Below, in pieces: positions 25,154 through 33,187 of a stretch of DNA of 36,066 nucleotides. Source of the stretch: a virus (lineage: Duplodnaviria > Caudoviricetes). The notes beneath the pieces are model-generated. The model did no database searches. It was not told the origin of the DNA and was given only the letters and a program-made list of their open reading frames with translations. The position numbers and the translations under genes were made by a program. The stretch spans positions 1 to 36,066 of IMG/VR virus record IMGVR_UViG_3300037483_000233. One strand, given 5' to 3'. Position 1 is the first letter of the stretch. Each line of letters begins with the position of its first letter.

Positions 25154-26205
25154 TAGACGGCCCTCGTCCTGGCCTTGCGGCCGTACCGGGTGTACGCCTG
25201 GTCCCGCGCGTCCTTGAGCGCGCGGCCGGCTGCTTCCCTGGCACCTTCACCAGAACCGGCGGTGCGCGCGTACCCGCCGGATTCGTTGAGGACCGTACAG
25301 AGTGCCTCTGCCACGGTCAGGGCCTTGACCGTGCCGGGCACTGCGTTCTTGACGATCGGGGCCGCGGTGAGGTGGGTAGCCGCTGTGGTGCCCACTGCGC
25401 CGCGCGTCACGGTCAGCGTGCGGGGCGCGTAGATGTCGGCGCCCGTCGCGTGAGCGGCCAGGACAGAGCCATCCCAAGCACGCTTCACCGTGATCACGGA
25501 TCCGGCCACGTCGACGACGAGCATCCGCTCGGATCCGATGAGGATGACCTCGTCGGCGACGGGGGCGTTGGTCGTGGTCGACATGGTGATGGACACGTCG
25601 GCGTTCGATGCGGTGAGGCTGTCGGATGCGTCGATGTTGATGCTGGTGTCGAGCATCGTCTTGCCGGTGACGAGCATCCGTTCGGAGTCGACCCGGATCA
25701 GGTCACCGACTCCGATGGCGGCCGAGTCACTGACGTCCACAGCCGTCTCAGAGATGTCTACAGCCTCCGCCGTGGCACCTGCTGGGGATTCGTCGGCCGA
25801 GCCACCGAAGACCCCTGTTGCCGCTACAGAGCGCTGGTGAGTGCTGCCCCCGTCGAAGGCCGCGCTGCTGTCGAGGTCGATCTCGATCCGGTTGTACGGC
25901 GGACCTGTGTTGACCGGCTCGAGGAAGTAGTCCGTGGCAGCTATGAGGGTTCCGCCCGACGTCAGCGAACTCACGCTGATCAGCTCGTCGGCATCCAGCC
26001 ACAACCGCCACGGTCGCGCGTACTGGCCGTTGGGCCAGTCGAAGTAGCGGGTGCCGGTCCAGGGATAGAAGCGTCGGTGAAGAAGACCCTCGACGCTGCG
26101 CGACGCGGACTCAATCGCACGGTCGATCTGCGCGTTGTTACGCGCGGTCTCCTTCACGTCCAGCGCGGACTTCACGTCCTCGCGGGTGGCATACCAAACG
26201 CCCAT
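25153..26205 (-). CDS. Head-to-tail adaptor with a large beta-rich insertion
   Basis: YATREDVKSALD...IDRAIESASRSVEG...RRF N-terminus and VPGTVKALTVAEA C-terminus. Confidence 0.75.
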   Translation of the reverse strand: MGVWYATREDVKSALDVKETARNNAQIDRAIESASRSVEGLLHRRFYPWTGTRYFDWPNGQYARPWRLWLDADELISVSSLTSGGTLIAATDYFLEPVNTGPPYNRIEIDLDSSAAFDGGSTHQRSVAATGVFGGSADESPAGATAEAVDISETAVDVSDSAAIGVGDLIRVDSERMLVTGKTMLDTSINIDASDSLTASNADVSITMSTTTNAPVADEVILIGSERMLVVDVAGSVITVKRAWDGSVLAAHATGADIYAPRTLTVTRGAVGTTAATHLTAAPIVKNAVPGTVKALTVAEALCTVLNESGGYARTAGSGEGAREAAGRALKDARDQAYTRYGRKARTRAV

Positions 26206-26287
26206 GTCCTCTATCCCTGTCCTTCGACTCGCTTTCTGTCCTAGGGACCGTGAGGCCCCAGGAGCAGGGGGTATGAAGTTGTGTCCC

Positions 26288-26470
26288 TCAGCCGGGTCTC
26301 ACCCAGTCGCGGGGGTACTGCCATCCGTCGAAGCTGCAGAAGCGGACTCCGCCGGGTCCTTCACGGAGCGGTTCGCCGTCGTTCGGGCATGCTTCCGGCG
26401 GCCGGTCCTGCTCGTCGCGGAGGCTGTCGGCTGCTTCTCTTCCGATGCTGAGGAGCTGGTCCCAGGAGAT
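26288..26470 (-). CDS. Overlapping 60-aa gene with a probable ATC start (CPND...CSFD)
   Basis: Alternative frame ISWDQLLSIGREAADSLRDEQDRPPEACPNDGEPLREGPGGVRFCSFDGWQYPRDWVRPG. GGAGGTGA RBS 6 nt upstream. GC3-rich. Confidence 0.65.
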   Translation of the reverse strand: MSWDQLLSIGREAADSLRDEQDRPPEACPNDGEPLREGPGGVRFCSFDGWQYPRDWVRPG

Positions 26471-26646
26471 GACTCATCACCTCCCTCGACCTCGGCCACC
26501 TCGGCGTTGATGTCGGTGGGTCCGCCGTGGCGGGTGATCTTCGGCACGCTGCCCTCCTTGAAAGCGTTGGTGCTGCCGCAGTGGGGGCACGCCGGAGCCC
26601 CGACCGAGTAGGCGGTCGAACAGTCGGCGCACCCCCAGAGCGACAT
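26299..26646 (-). CDS. Zinc-ribbon protein (CxxC...CxxC) with a low-complexity tail
   Basis: CADC...CPHC. TGATG coupling. Possible internal start MPKITRHGGP after AAGGAGG. Confidence 0.6.
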   Translation of the reverse strand: MSLWGCADCSTAYSVGAPACPHCGSTNAFKEGSVPKITRHGGPTDINAEVAEVEGGDESSPGTSSSASEEKQPTASATSRTGRRKHARTTANRSVKDPAESASAASTDGSTPATG

Positions 26647-27128
26647 CAGGCGACGCTCGCGCCGTCGTCGATCGGGATGTAACACATCGTCCACTTCGTG
26701 GAACCCGTGGTGTCCGTGGCCGTGGTCTGCAGCTTCGTGACACCAGCCGGGAGGACGAACGGGGCGAGCGGTGCGACCGCCATCACGTGCGTTGGGACCT
26801 CCGTGCCGCCCTCCTTCTGCGTGCCCATCAGCGCCGCCTGGATACCCGTGACGGTGTAGAGGGTGCCCGCGGCGTCCGAGGTGCAGACGGTCGCGGCGTT
26901 GAGGTCACCGACCGCGCCCACGGTGGGGTCGTGGACCACGTTGAGGCTGTTCACGGTGCCGTCGAACACAACGGTCACCTCGCCGACCAGCAGGGTGCAC
27001 AGGACCCGGCCACCGGACACGGTGAACAGGGTCTGCAGGCCGGTCGCCGGGAGGATGGCGGTTGCCTTGGCTACGCGGATACCGAGCAGGTTGGCCCGGA
27101 CCTGGTCGCCCTGGATGATGACAGACAT
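26646..27128 (-). CDS. Putative virion (head decoration) protein
   Basis: Thr/Val-rich beta protein after the capsid gene. Confidence 0.6.
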   Translation of the reverse strand: MSVIIQGDQVRANLLGIRVAKATAILPATGLQTLFTVSGGRVLCTLLVGEVTVVFDGTVNSLNVVHDPTVGAVGDLNAATVCTSDAAGTLYTVTGIQAALMGTQKEGGTEVPTHVMAVAPLAPFVLPAGVTKLQTTATDTTGSTKWTMCYIPIDDGASVA

Positions 27129-27130
27129 GG

Positions 27131-27643
27131 TTAGACCGCCCCGTTGGAGAGGTTTTCCGGCTTCCGCTGGACCTTGAGGCCGGACAGGATCGCCAGGACG
27201 CCGCCGATCTTCGCCTGCGAAGCGTCCGCGATGTTCAGCGACAGGTACTTGAAGCCGTCGGACAGCTGGTCGGCGCGGACCTCGAACACGTAGATCTGCT
27301 CGACGTCGGCACCGGTGTCGGTGACGGTGACCTCAGACCCGGCCGACTGAGTGACCCGCGTCCATGCCTCGTCACCGTCGAGGGTCGTCTCTTCCTTCTT
27401 GAACCACGTGGTGATGATGTCGAGGTCCTGGGTCGTACCACCCGTGAGGGCGGTGGACTCCTGAAGGTCGAACACCAGGTCAGCGCCAGCGGTACCGGCG
27501 TCGCCGAAGAACACGAAGCTGCACACTGCCGCGTTCTGCATGTTGACCATGAGGCCGGTGTTCGCTCCGGCGTTCAGGTCCACGACGGACAGCGCGTTGC
27601 TGATGTCGAAGTTCTTGCCGAGCGCATATGCGTCGGTCGCCAT
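27131..27643 (-). CDS. Putative capsid cement/decoration protein
   Basis: First gene after MCP. GGAGAGG RBS. Beta-sandwich pattern (VFDLQES...FKYLSLNI). Confidence 0.6.
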   Translation of the reverse strand: MATDAYALGKNFDISNALSVVDLNAGANTGLMVNMQNAAVCSFVFFGDAGTAGADLVFDLQESTALTGGTTQDLDIITTWFKKEETTLDGDEAWTRVTQSAGSEVTVTDTGADVEQIYVFEVRADQLSDGFKYLSLNIADASQAKIGGVLAILSGLKVQRKPENLSNGAV

Positions 27644-27656
27644 GTCTTACCTCTCC

Positions 27657-27717
27657 GAGCAGGGGGTTTATTGCCTGCTCTGGTTCAGCCCCGGCGGGGG
27701 TTGATTGCCGCCGGGGC
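27657..27717 (-). other. Twin RNA hairpins with near-identical 10-nt loops
   Basis: GCCCCGGCGG-CAATCAACCC-CCGCCGGGGC and GAGCAGG-CAATAAACCC-CCTGCTC. Confidence 0.7.
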
Positions 27718-27727
27718 CAGGGACGTC

Positions 27728-29074
27728 TTACGCGCGGGTCGCGATCTTGACGAAGGGGCTGAGGGTGTTGGAACCCTTGAGCGGCGTCAGCGCCGACTCG
27801 AGCCACGGGCGGCCGTCGAGACGCTGGATGAACCGAACGGCCGTTTGATCGTTCTGGAACTTGAAGTGAGGCGAGGTCTCGGCCTGCATGATCTGGCGGT
27901 CGCCGATCAAGTAGTAGCCAAAGTCCACGAAGTTGATGTCGCCCGCGGTGCCAACCGACTCGGCCTTCTCCGTGAAGATGACCGGGCGGCCGAGGATGGT
28001 CATGGGCGGACCCTCGACACCGTTGTTCAGCCAGATCGGGCCGCCACCGGTACCGACCGACAGCGCCATGGTGGCCAGCTCCGGGAAGGTGTCGATGTGG
28101 CAGACCCACACCGCACGCGCCAGGGACGAGGGCAGCATGCGGGAGTACATCTTCACGATGTTTTCCCAGACGATCGTGGCCGCGACCTGGCCAGACTCCT
28201 TGGTCACGGACACGGCAGCGTTGGAGTTGAGGTAGCCGAGCGGCTCACCGACGCCGGTACCCCGAGTGAAGGCGTTGTCCTCAAACCAGGCCAGCGCCTC
28301 GGGGTAGATCTGGTTCACCAGCGCCTCGAAGGACACGATGGACGCGGCGAACAGCTCGTTGGGGATCTCGGAGTACGCCGTCAGCTTCTTCGCCTCGAGC
28401 TTGATCCGGCGGAACGTGGCCTGAGACTCGGTGAGCTGGCCAGACTCCTCGGTCCAGTACGCGGTGAGGCCGCCGTACACGTTGGACGCGTGGGACGTGT
28501 CGTCGATCGCGGGGAACGGGACCGTCTCGGAGTCCATCGGGATGACCCGGGCCCGCGGCCGGACGACAGCGGTCTCGAGGCTGACGCGCAGCAGCTCGGC
28601 GCGCAGCGACTCGGGGACGAGGAACCCGCCGTCCGCCGGCACCGCGGTGCCGTAGTCGTTGCGGATCTTCCGAAGATCGGCCTGCTTGGCGTGCGCCTCC
28701 GGGGAGGTCGCGCGGTGCCAGATCGAGGCGAAGAAGTCCGCGCTGCCGTCGAACAGCTTGTCGGCCTTCGCACCGGCAGCGTTCTTGTTGTACCGGGCCG
28801 CGTACTTGTTGTTGGGCGCGGTCTCGGGGTCGAGGTTGACGCGCTTGATACCCTCGGCCTGGTTGTCCTTGAGCCACTGGGCCAGGACCCGCTGAGTCTC
28901 GTCTCGGACCTGCTGGCCGATCTCGCTGTCCTTGTTCTGCAGCGCCTGGGCGTAGTTCTTGATGAAGGTGCCGAACTCCGGCTTGGCCTTGCCGCCCTCG
29001 AACATGGCGGTGACACGGCCGTCGCCGATCATCTCCTCGAGCTCATCGGCGGTGGTCGGGATCGTGGTGGTCAT
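27728..29074 (-). CDS. HK97-fold major capsid protein
   Basis: DGGFLVPE, WTEES, ILGRPVIFTE, GDINFVDFGYYLIGDR and RLDGRP motifs. AAAGGGG RBS before ATG 29074. Confidence 0.95.
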   Translation of the reverse strand: MTTTIPTTADELEEMIGDGRVTAMFEGGKAKPEFGTFIKNYAQALQNKDSEIGQQVRDETQRVLAQWLKDNQAEGIKRVNLDPETAPNNKYAARYNKNAAGAKADKLFDGSADFFASIWHRATSPEAHAKQADLRKIRNDYGTAVPADGGFLVPESLRAELLRVSLETAVVRPRARVIPMDSETVPFPAIDDTSHASNVYGGLTAYWTEESGQLTESQATFRRIKLEAKKLTAYSEIPNELFAASIVSFEALVNQIYPEALAWFEDNAFTRGTGVGEPLGYLNSNAAVSVTKESGQVAATIVWENIVKMYSRMLPSSLARAVWVCHIDTFPELATMALSVGTGGGPIWLNNGVEGPPMTILGRPVIFTEKAESVGTAGDINFVDFGYYLIGDRQIMQAETSPHFKFQNDQTAVRFIQRLDGRPWLESALTPLKGSNTLSPFVKIATRA

Positions 29075-29250
29075 GCGATCGCCCCTTTCGTGGTGGCGGA
29101 AGACGTCACCGCTGCGAAGAGGGCGGCGGTCGTTTCGGTGGTCGGGTTGCGCACGGTCACGGTCAGCTCGTCGCCGAAGCGACGCGTGGCCCATCCGTCC
29201 GGAGTGGCGCCCGTGACGATCGCCGGGCGGCTGATGCTGATGACGGTCAC
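29071..29250 (-). CDS. 59-aa hypothetical protein between protease and capsid, not in the ORF track
   Basis: MTVISISRPAIVTGATPDGWATRRFGDELTVTVRNPTTETTAALFAAVTSSATTKGAIA. GTGA and ATGA overlaps at both ends. Confidence 0.55.
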   Translation of the reverse strand: MTVISISRPAIVTGATPDGWATRRFGDELTVTVRNPTTETTAALFAAVTSSATTKGAIA

Positions 29251-30035
29251 TGGAACGCCCCTCTCATTGCCTCGCGGAAGGCCGCACCGTCGAAGGCGAC
29301 AGCGGGCTCTGGCTCTTGCAGTGGTTCGGGTGGTGCTGGCCGCTCGATCGAGCGGTCGATCAGGTGGTCGGGCGCGGCGGCCCGACTCGGGTACTTGAAG
29401 ACCGACAGGTCCCAGGTCGCAGCGAGCGCGCGGTCCTGGTCGCTTTGGCGTACCTGGGTGGCGACTCTGTCGGCGAGACCGGCGTCAACTGCCTCCTCGG
29501 CGGTGAACCAGGTCTCGGCGCGCATCCGCCCACGCCATTCCTCGGCGGTGCCGCCCGCCCGGTCGGCGTAGACAGCGGCGATGTTGTCGGACTGCCGGTC
29601 GAGAAGCTCGGCCATCTCGCGCATGTCCGCTGCGTTGCCGATGGACAGGCCGGAACCGTCATGGATCATCAGCTGCGAATGCGGGGCCATGACGATCTCG
29701 TCTCCGGCCATGGCGATGACGGACGCGATCGACGCGGCGAGGCTGTCCACATAGGTCGTGACCTTCGCCGCGTGGCCGCGCAGGCAGTTGTAGATCGCGA
29801 TGCCGTCGAAGATCTCCCCGCCGGGGCTGCTGATGTGAAGGTCGATGTTCGCGGCGTTGATGAGGGCCAGCTCGGCGACCAGGTCCTGAGCGGTGATGCC
29901 CCAGTAACCGATCTCGTCGTATATGTGGAGGGTCGCCGTGCTGGTGCCCGCGTTGTTCTCGATGCGGAACCAGTCCGTACGGCCCTCTCTGAGACGGGCC
30001 ACAGGGCGCGCGAACTTCATGCGGTCCTTGTTCAC
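29247..30035 (-). CDS. ClpP-like prohead (head maturation) protease
   Basis: IYDEIG, ISSPGG, LAASIASVI, LMIHD and ETWFTAEEAVDAGLAD motifs. Confidence 0.92.
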   Translation of the reverse strand: MNKDRMKFARPVARLREGRTDWFRIENNAGTSTATLHIYDEIGYWGITAQDLVAELALINAANIDLHISSPGGEIFDGIAIYNCLRGHAAKVTTYVDSLAASIASVIAMAGDEIVMAPHSQLMIHDGSGLSIGNAADMREMAELLDRQSDNIAAVYADRAGGTAEEWRGRMRAETWFTAEEAVDAGLADRVATQVRQSDQDRALAATWDLSVFKYPSRAAAPDHLIDRSIERPAPPEPLQEPEPAVAFDGAAFREAMRGAFQ

Positions 30036-31345
30036 GGGGCCACCTCCGGCACGGTCGTAGCGGGCAGCTCGTAGCCGAGCATCGGCAGGATGAGGGGGGC
30101 CAGGGTCGGAGCACCCTTGACCAGGTCGATCAGCAGCTCACGCTTGGGGTCGGCGTTCGGCTGACCGAAGGCGATCTCTGGCAGGCCGAGCGCGGCCAAC
30201 ACCTCGGGGAAGTAGCCGCCGGCCTCGATGAGATCCCGCGCGGCCTTGGCCTTGGACTCGCGTTCACGGTCGTCGGCCGCCCGGTCGGCAGGGACGGGGC
30301 TGACGTAATCGAACTCGAGCCGGTCCTCTGTCCCCTTGCCGAACATGGGGAGCAGGTCGTTGTTCAGCGCGGCCTTCCACCGCTCAAGGCGGGGAACGGT
30401 GAGCTGCTCGGCGAACAGGGTCGCTGACGCTTCGGCGGTCGCCCGGTTGACGTCGTCGACGAGGCCCAGCTCGAAGCCGGAGATGCCGAACGCCTCGCGG
30501 ATGATCTCGCGGGAGACGCCGCGCAGCTCAGCAAACTGCATGTCCCGCTGGCTGAACTTCCGGTCGACCCACTTGCCGCGCTCGAGGATGGCCACGCGGT
30601 GGGCGTTCGCCACGCCCCGGTGCTGCTCGTTCCACCGGTCGCGCATCTCGTTGAACTCTTCGTCGTCGAGAGTGTCCTCGACCTCGATGATCCCGCCGGG
30701 CTCGGCCGAGTTCTTGAAGAAGTTCGCGTTCCACTCCGCGGAGTAGCGGGTGGCGTCGAGGTCGGACAGCAGGGTCTGCACGGGGCCCATGCCGCGATAG
30801 GGATCAAGCGGGTTGGGCATCCGGAGCTGGATGACCTGATTCAGCTCGAGCGGGACACGCTCACCGTCCGGGCCGGTGTAGACGTAGCCAGCCAGGAAGT
30901 TCTCGGCGTCGGGAACGGGCTGCATCCGGTCGGGTCGGACGGGCCACAGCTCGAGCGGGATGTCGAAGCCGGGCATCCGGGAGACGACGAGCCAGCCTTC
31001 GCCGGTGAGGTCGACGTGCTGCTGCCCGGACTCGACGAACTCTTGCCGGGGCATGAACGGGTTGGGCTTGTTCCACAGGTCGAGTGCCGCGTGTGAGGTG
31101 ACCTCGACGCGGTCTTCCTTCTTGCCGCTCTTGGCCTTGGTCCAGAGCTTCCACTCGACAGCGGCCGTCGCGTTGGACGTCCTGTTGACGATGCTGAACA
31201 AGGTGCCCACGGAGCCCATGGCGCGCATCTGCTGCTCAGCACCGGCCAGGCGGGGCAGCGCCAGGGGGGAGCGTCCGCCGCCGCGTGCGCCGGGGGCGTA
31301 GACGACCGGGGCCTTGTTCAGGAACTTGCCGATGAGCGACGTCAC
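30032..31345 (-). CDS. Portal protein (HK97 family)
   Basis: KPNPFM, LTGEGW, LWPVRPDRM, GMGP, FFKNSAEPGG and DMQFAE motifs. Confidence 0.93.
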   Translation of the reverse strand: MTSLIGKFLNKAPVVYAPGARGGGRSPLALPRLAGAEQQMRAMGSVGTLFSIVNRTSNATAAVEWKLWTKAKSGKKEDRVEVTSHAALDLWNKPNPFMPRQEFVESGQQHVDLTGEGWLVVSRMPGFDIPLELWPVRPDRMQPVPDAENFLAGYVYTGPDGERVPLELNQVIQLRMPNPLDPYRGMGPVQTLLSDLDATRYSAEWNANFFKNSAEPGGIIEVEDTLDDEEFNEMRDRWNEQHRGVANAHRVAILERGKWVDRKFSQRDMQFAELRGVSREIIREAFGISGFELGLVDDVNRATAEASATLFAEQLTVPRLERWKAALNNDLLPMFGKGTEDRLEFDYVSPVPADRAADDRERESKAKAARDLIEAGGYFPEVLAALGLPEIAFGQPNADPKRELLIDLVKGAPTLAPLILPMLGYELPATTVPEVAP

Positions 31346-31497
31346 CTGTCACCGCGCCAGGACATGACCAGGCAGCCGATGCCGCCTACGGCGAGTCCAG
31401 CGGCGATGTGGAGGATTCCGGCAGCGGTGGACAGCAAGCTCAGCCCCGCAACATCAAGGGCTAGAGAAGGTGTGACCCGGGCAAAGAGCGCCGCCAT
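31342..31497 (-). CDS. 51-aa hydrophobic membrane protein before the portal, not in the ORF track
   Basis: MAALFARVTPSLALDVAGLSLLSTAAGILHIAAGLAVGGIGCLVMSWRGDR. GTGA overlap with the portal start. Confidence 0.6.
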   Translation of the reverse strand: MAALFARVTPSLALDVAGLSLLSTAAGILHIAAGLAVGGIGCLVMSWRGDR

Positions 31498-31504
31498 GAA
31501 TCCG

Positions 31505-31557
31505 ATGGTACGCCCTTGTGGCAGTAACTGTCATTTGCTAGTTCATGTCAGTTGACA
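31505..31557 (-). promoter_or_regulatory. Putative late promoter with a TGTCA-N2-TGACA operator
   Basis: ATGACA (31534-31529) N18 TACCAT (31510-31505), 7 nt before ATG 31497. Palindrome TGTCAGTTGACA at 31546-31557. Confidence 0.55.
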
Positions 31558-31586
31558 GGAACCGTCTTTTATTCGGGAGGACACGG

Positions 31587-31616
31587 AAAAGCCCCGCCAC
31601 CTGGGGTGACGGGGCT
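31587..31616 (-). terminator. Intrinsic terminator after terL
   Basis: Minus strand AGCCCCGTCACC-CCA-GGTGGCGGGGC followed by TTTT. Confidence 0.75.
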
Positions 31617-31625
31617 CTGCCTAGA

Positions 31626-32999
31626 TCACATAAAGCGCACGGACGGGCGGCTGCTCAGATCCCGATACGCCACGAGATACCGGCCGCCATCGCAGCCATG
31701 GTCGTTCTCCTTCAGCGGCTGCTCCTTGACCGCTTTGCCCGCGCCCGTGTCCCAGACGTAGCCGACGATCTCCTCGGCGGTGCACGTCGGCTTCTTCGCC
31801 TCGACGAGCAGCGGGTCCTTCTCAACGACGGAGTCCCGCAGGATGAACAGCCGGGGCCGGCCATCACCCGCCGGACGTAGCCGCTTCTCGAACGCCTGGA
31901 TACCGGGGCCGACCGCCTTCTTCGCTGCCACCGTGCTCAGCCCAAGCTCACGTTGCATGACAGCGCGGCCGTCCGCGTCGTGGTCGGCCACGATGGCGCG
32001 CGGCTTCGGCTCCGTCCAGATGCGCCCGTGGTGGGCGCGGCGCTCCACTCCCTGCGGGTGGACGTACTCGGGATCCTCCCGGGTGCAGGTGGCGAGGATG
32101 TCCCGCGCGTGCTCGTCGACCGTGCGCTTCGTCCGGTAGATCTCCCGGTAGAGGTAGAGGCGGCCGTCCGGGTCCTCTGCCCAGCACTGGATGACCATCG
32201 GGTTGGTGTGGCCGAAGTCGATCGACCAATACCGGGTCCAGCTCTCGGGGATGTCGAACCGGTCGACCAGGTGAACGGCCGGATCCCAGTCCTCGTAGAT
32301 CAGGCCCTCGGCTGCGACCCACAGGCCGCGCCGGAGACGGGAGTGTCGGACGCCGGTCAAGGCGTCGAGCTTCGCCAGGTAGGCCGCGCCGCGCTCGGTG
32401 TGCGTGCCGTCGAGGTTGACGAGCGTGGGGTTGTCCTCGTGCCGGGCGTCGAGCATGAGCGTCACGCCGCGCTGGACCCTGGTGTTCAGCCAGTGGTGGG
32501 GCGTGTCCGGGTTCGTGTCCGCGATGATCTGCTGGTAGGGCATGCGCCCGTTCCGGAGACGGGTCGTGATCGCTTCCCAATCAGCCTCGGTCAACTCGAT
32601 CGCTTCTTGGACATAGGCCACGTCGTACTCCGAGGACATGATCCGGGTCGCCCGGTCCATCCCGCCGACGACGATCGTGGACCCATTGGCGTACCGGTAG
32701 GCCGCGGCCTCCTGCTGGCTACCGCCGTAGAACTTCAGGACGCCCGCGCGCAGAGCCTCCGGCACGACGTGCTCCCGCCACGTCACCAGCGCGGTTGAGC
32801 CCAGCGACGTCAGGGTCTTCCGCAGAATCACACCGCGCATCCCCGGATACTTCAAGCACAGCAGATGCAGCTTCTCCAGGCAGCCCCGAGACTTGCCCGT
32901 GCCCGCTGGGCCGCTGACGAGGATCTCCGGGGCCCTGCATTCGAGCAGGGTCTTGCACGACCCACGCGGCTCGTACCGGTGGACGAGGGTCGCGGCCAT
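31626..32999 (-). CDS. terL: Terminase large subunit (PBSX-like)
   Basis: Walker A SGPAGTGKS, Walker B AYVQEAIE, DTNP motif, nuclease SIDFG and DHGCDGGRY. Confidence 0.93.
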   Translation of the reverse strand: MAATLVHRYEPRGSCKTLLECRAPEILVSGPAGTGKSRGCLEKLHLLCLKYPGMRGVILRKTLTSLGSTALVTWREHVVPEALRAGVLKFYGGSQQEAAAYRYANGSTIVVGGMDRATRIMSSEYDVAYVQEAIELTEADWEAITTRLRNGRMPYQQIIADTNPDTPHHWLNTRVQRGVTLMLDARHEDNPTLVNLDGTHTERGAAYLAKLDALTGVRHSRLRRGLWVAAEGLIYEDWDPAVHLVDRFDIPESWTRYWSIDFGHTNPMVIQCWAEDPDGRLYLYREIYRTKRTVDEHARDILATCTREDPEYVHPQGVERRAHHGRIWTEPKPRAIVADHDADGRAVMQRELGLSTVAAKKAVGPGIQAFEKRLRPAGDGRPRLFILRDSVVEKDPLLVEAKKPTCTAEEIVGYVWDTGAGKAVKEQPLKENDHGCDGGRYLVAYRDLSSRPSVRFM

Positions 33000-33187
33000 C
33001 AGTCCTCCAGATCCGCGATGGCAGCACGGACCGCCTCGTCGAGGGTCGCCCCGTTGCCCTCACCGTCGTACGTGTCAGCGTCGCCGTCCCACGTCCACCG
33101 GGCACGGAACTCTCCGTTGACCACGCGGACCTGGATGAGCGTCCCCTCCGGCACGTCATCCTCCGGCCGGACCGGTGCCGCGCTCAC
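32999..33187 (-). CDS. 62-aa hypothetical protein between terS and terL
   Basis: GTGA and TGATG coupling. GNGATLDEAVRAA motif. Confidence 0.55.
   Translation of the reverse strand: MSAAPVRPEDDVPEGTLIQVRVVNGEFRARWTWDGDADTYDGEGNGATLDEAVRAAIADLED

Noticed and set aside
27671-29398. 575-aa plus-strand ORF
   Set aside because: Antisense shadow of the capsid gene, expected in high-GC DNA, with no motifs.
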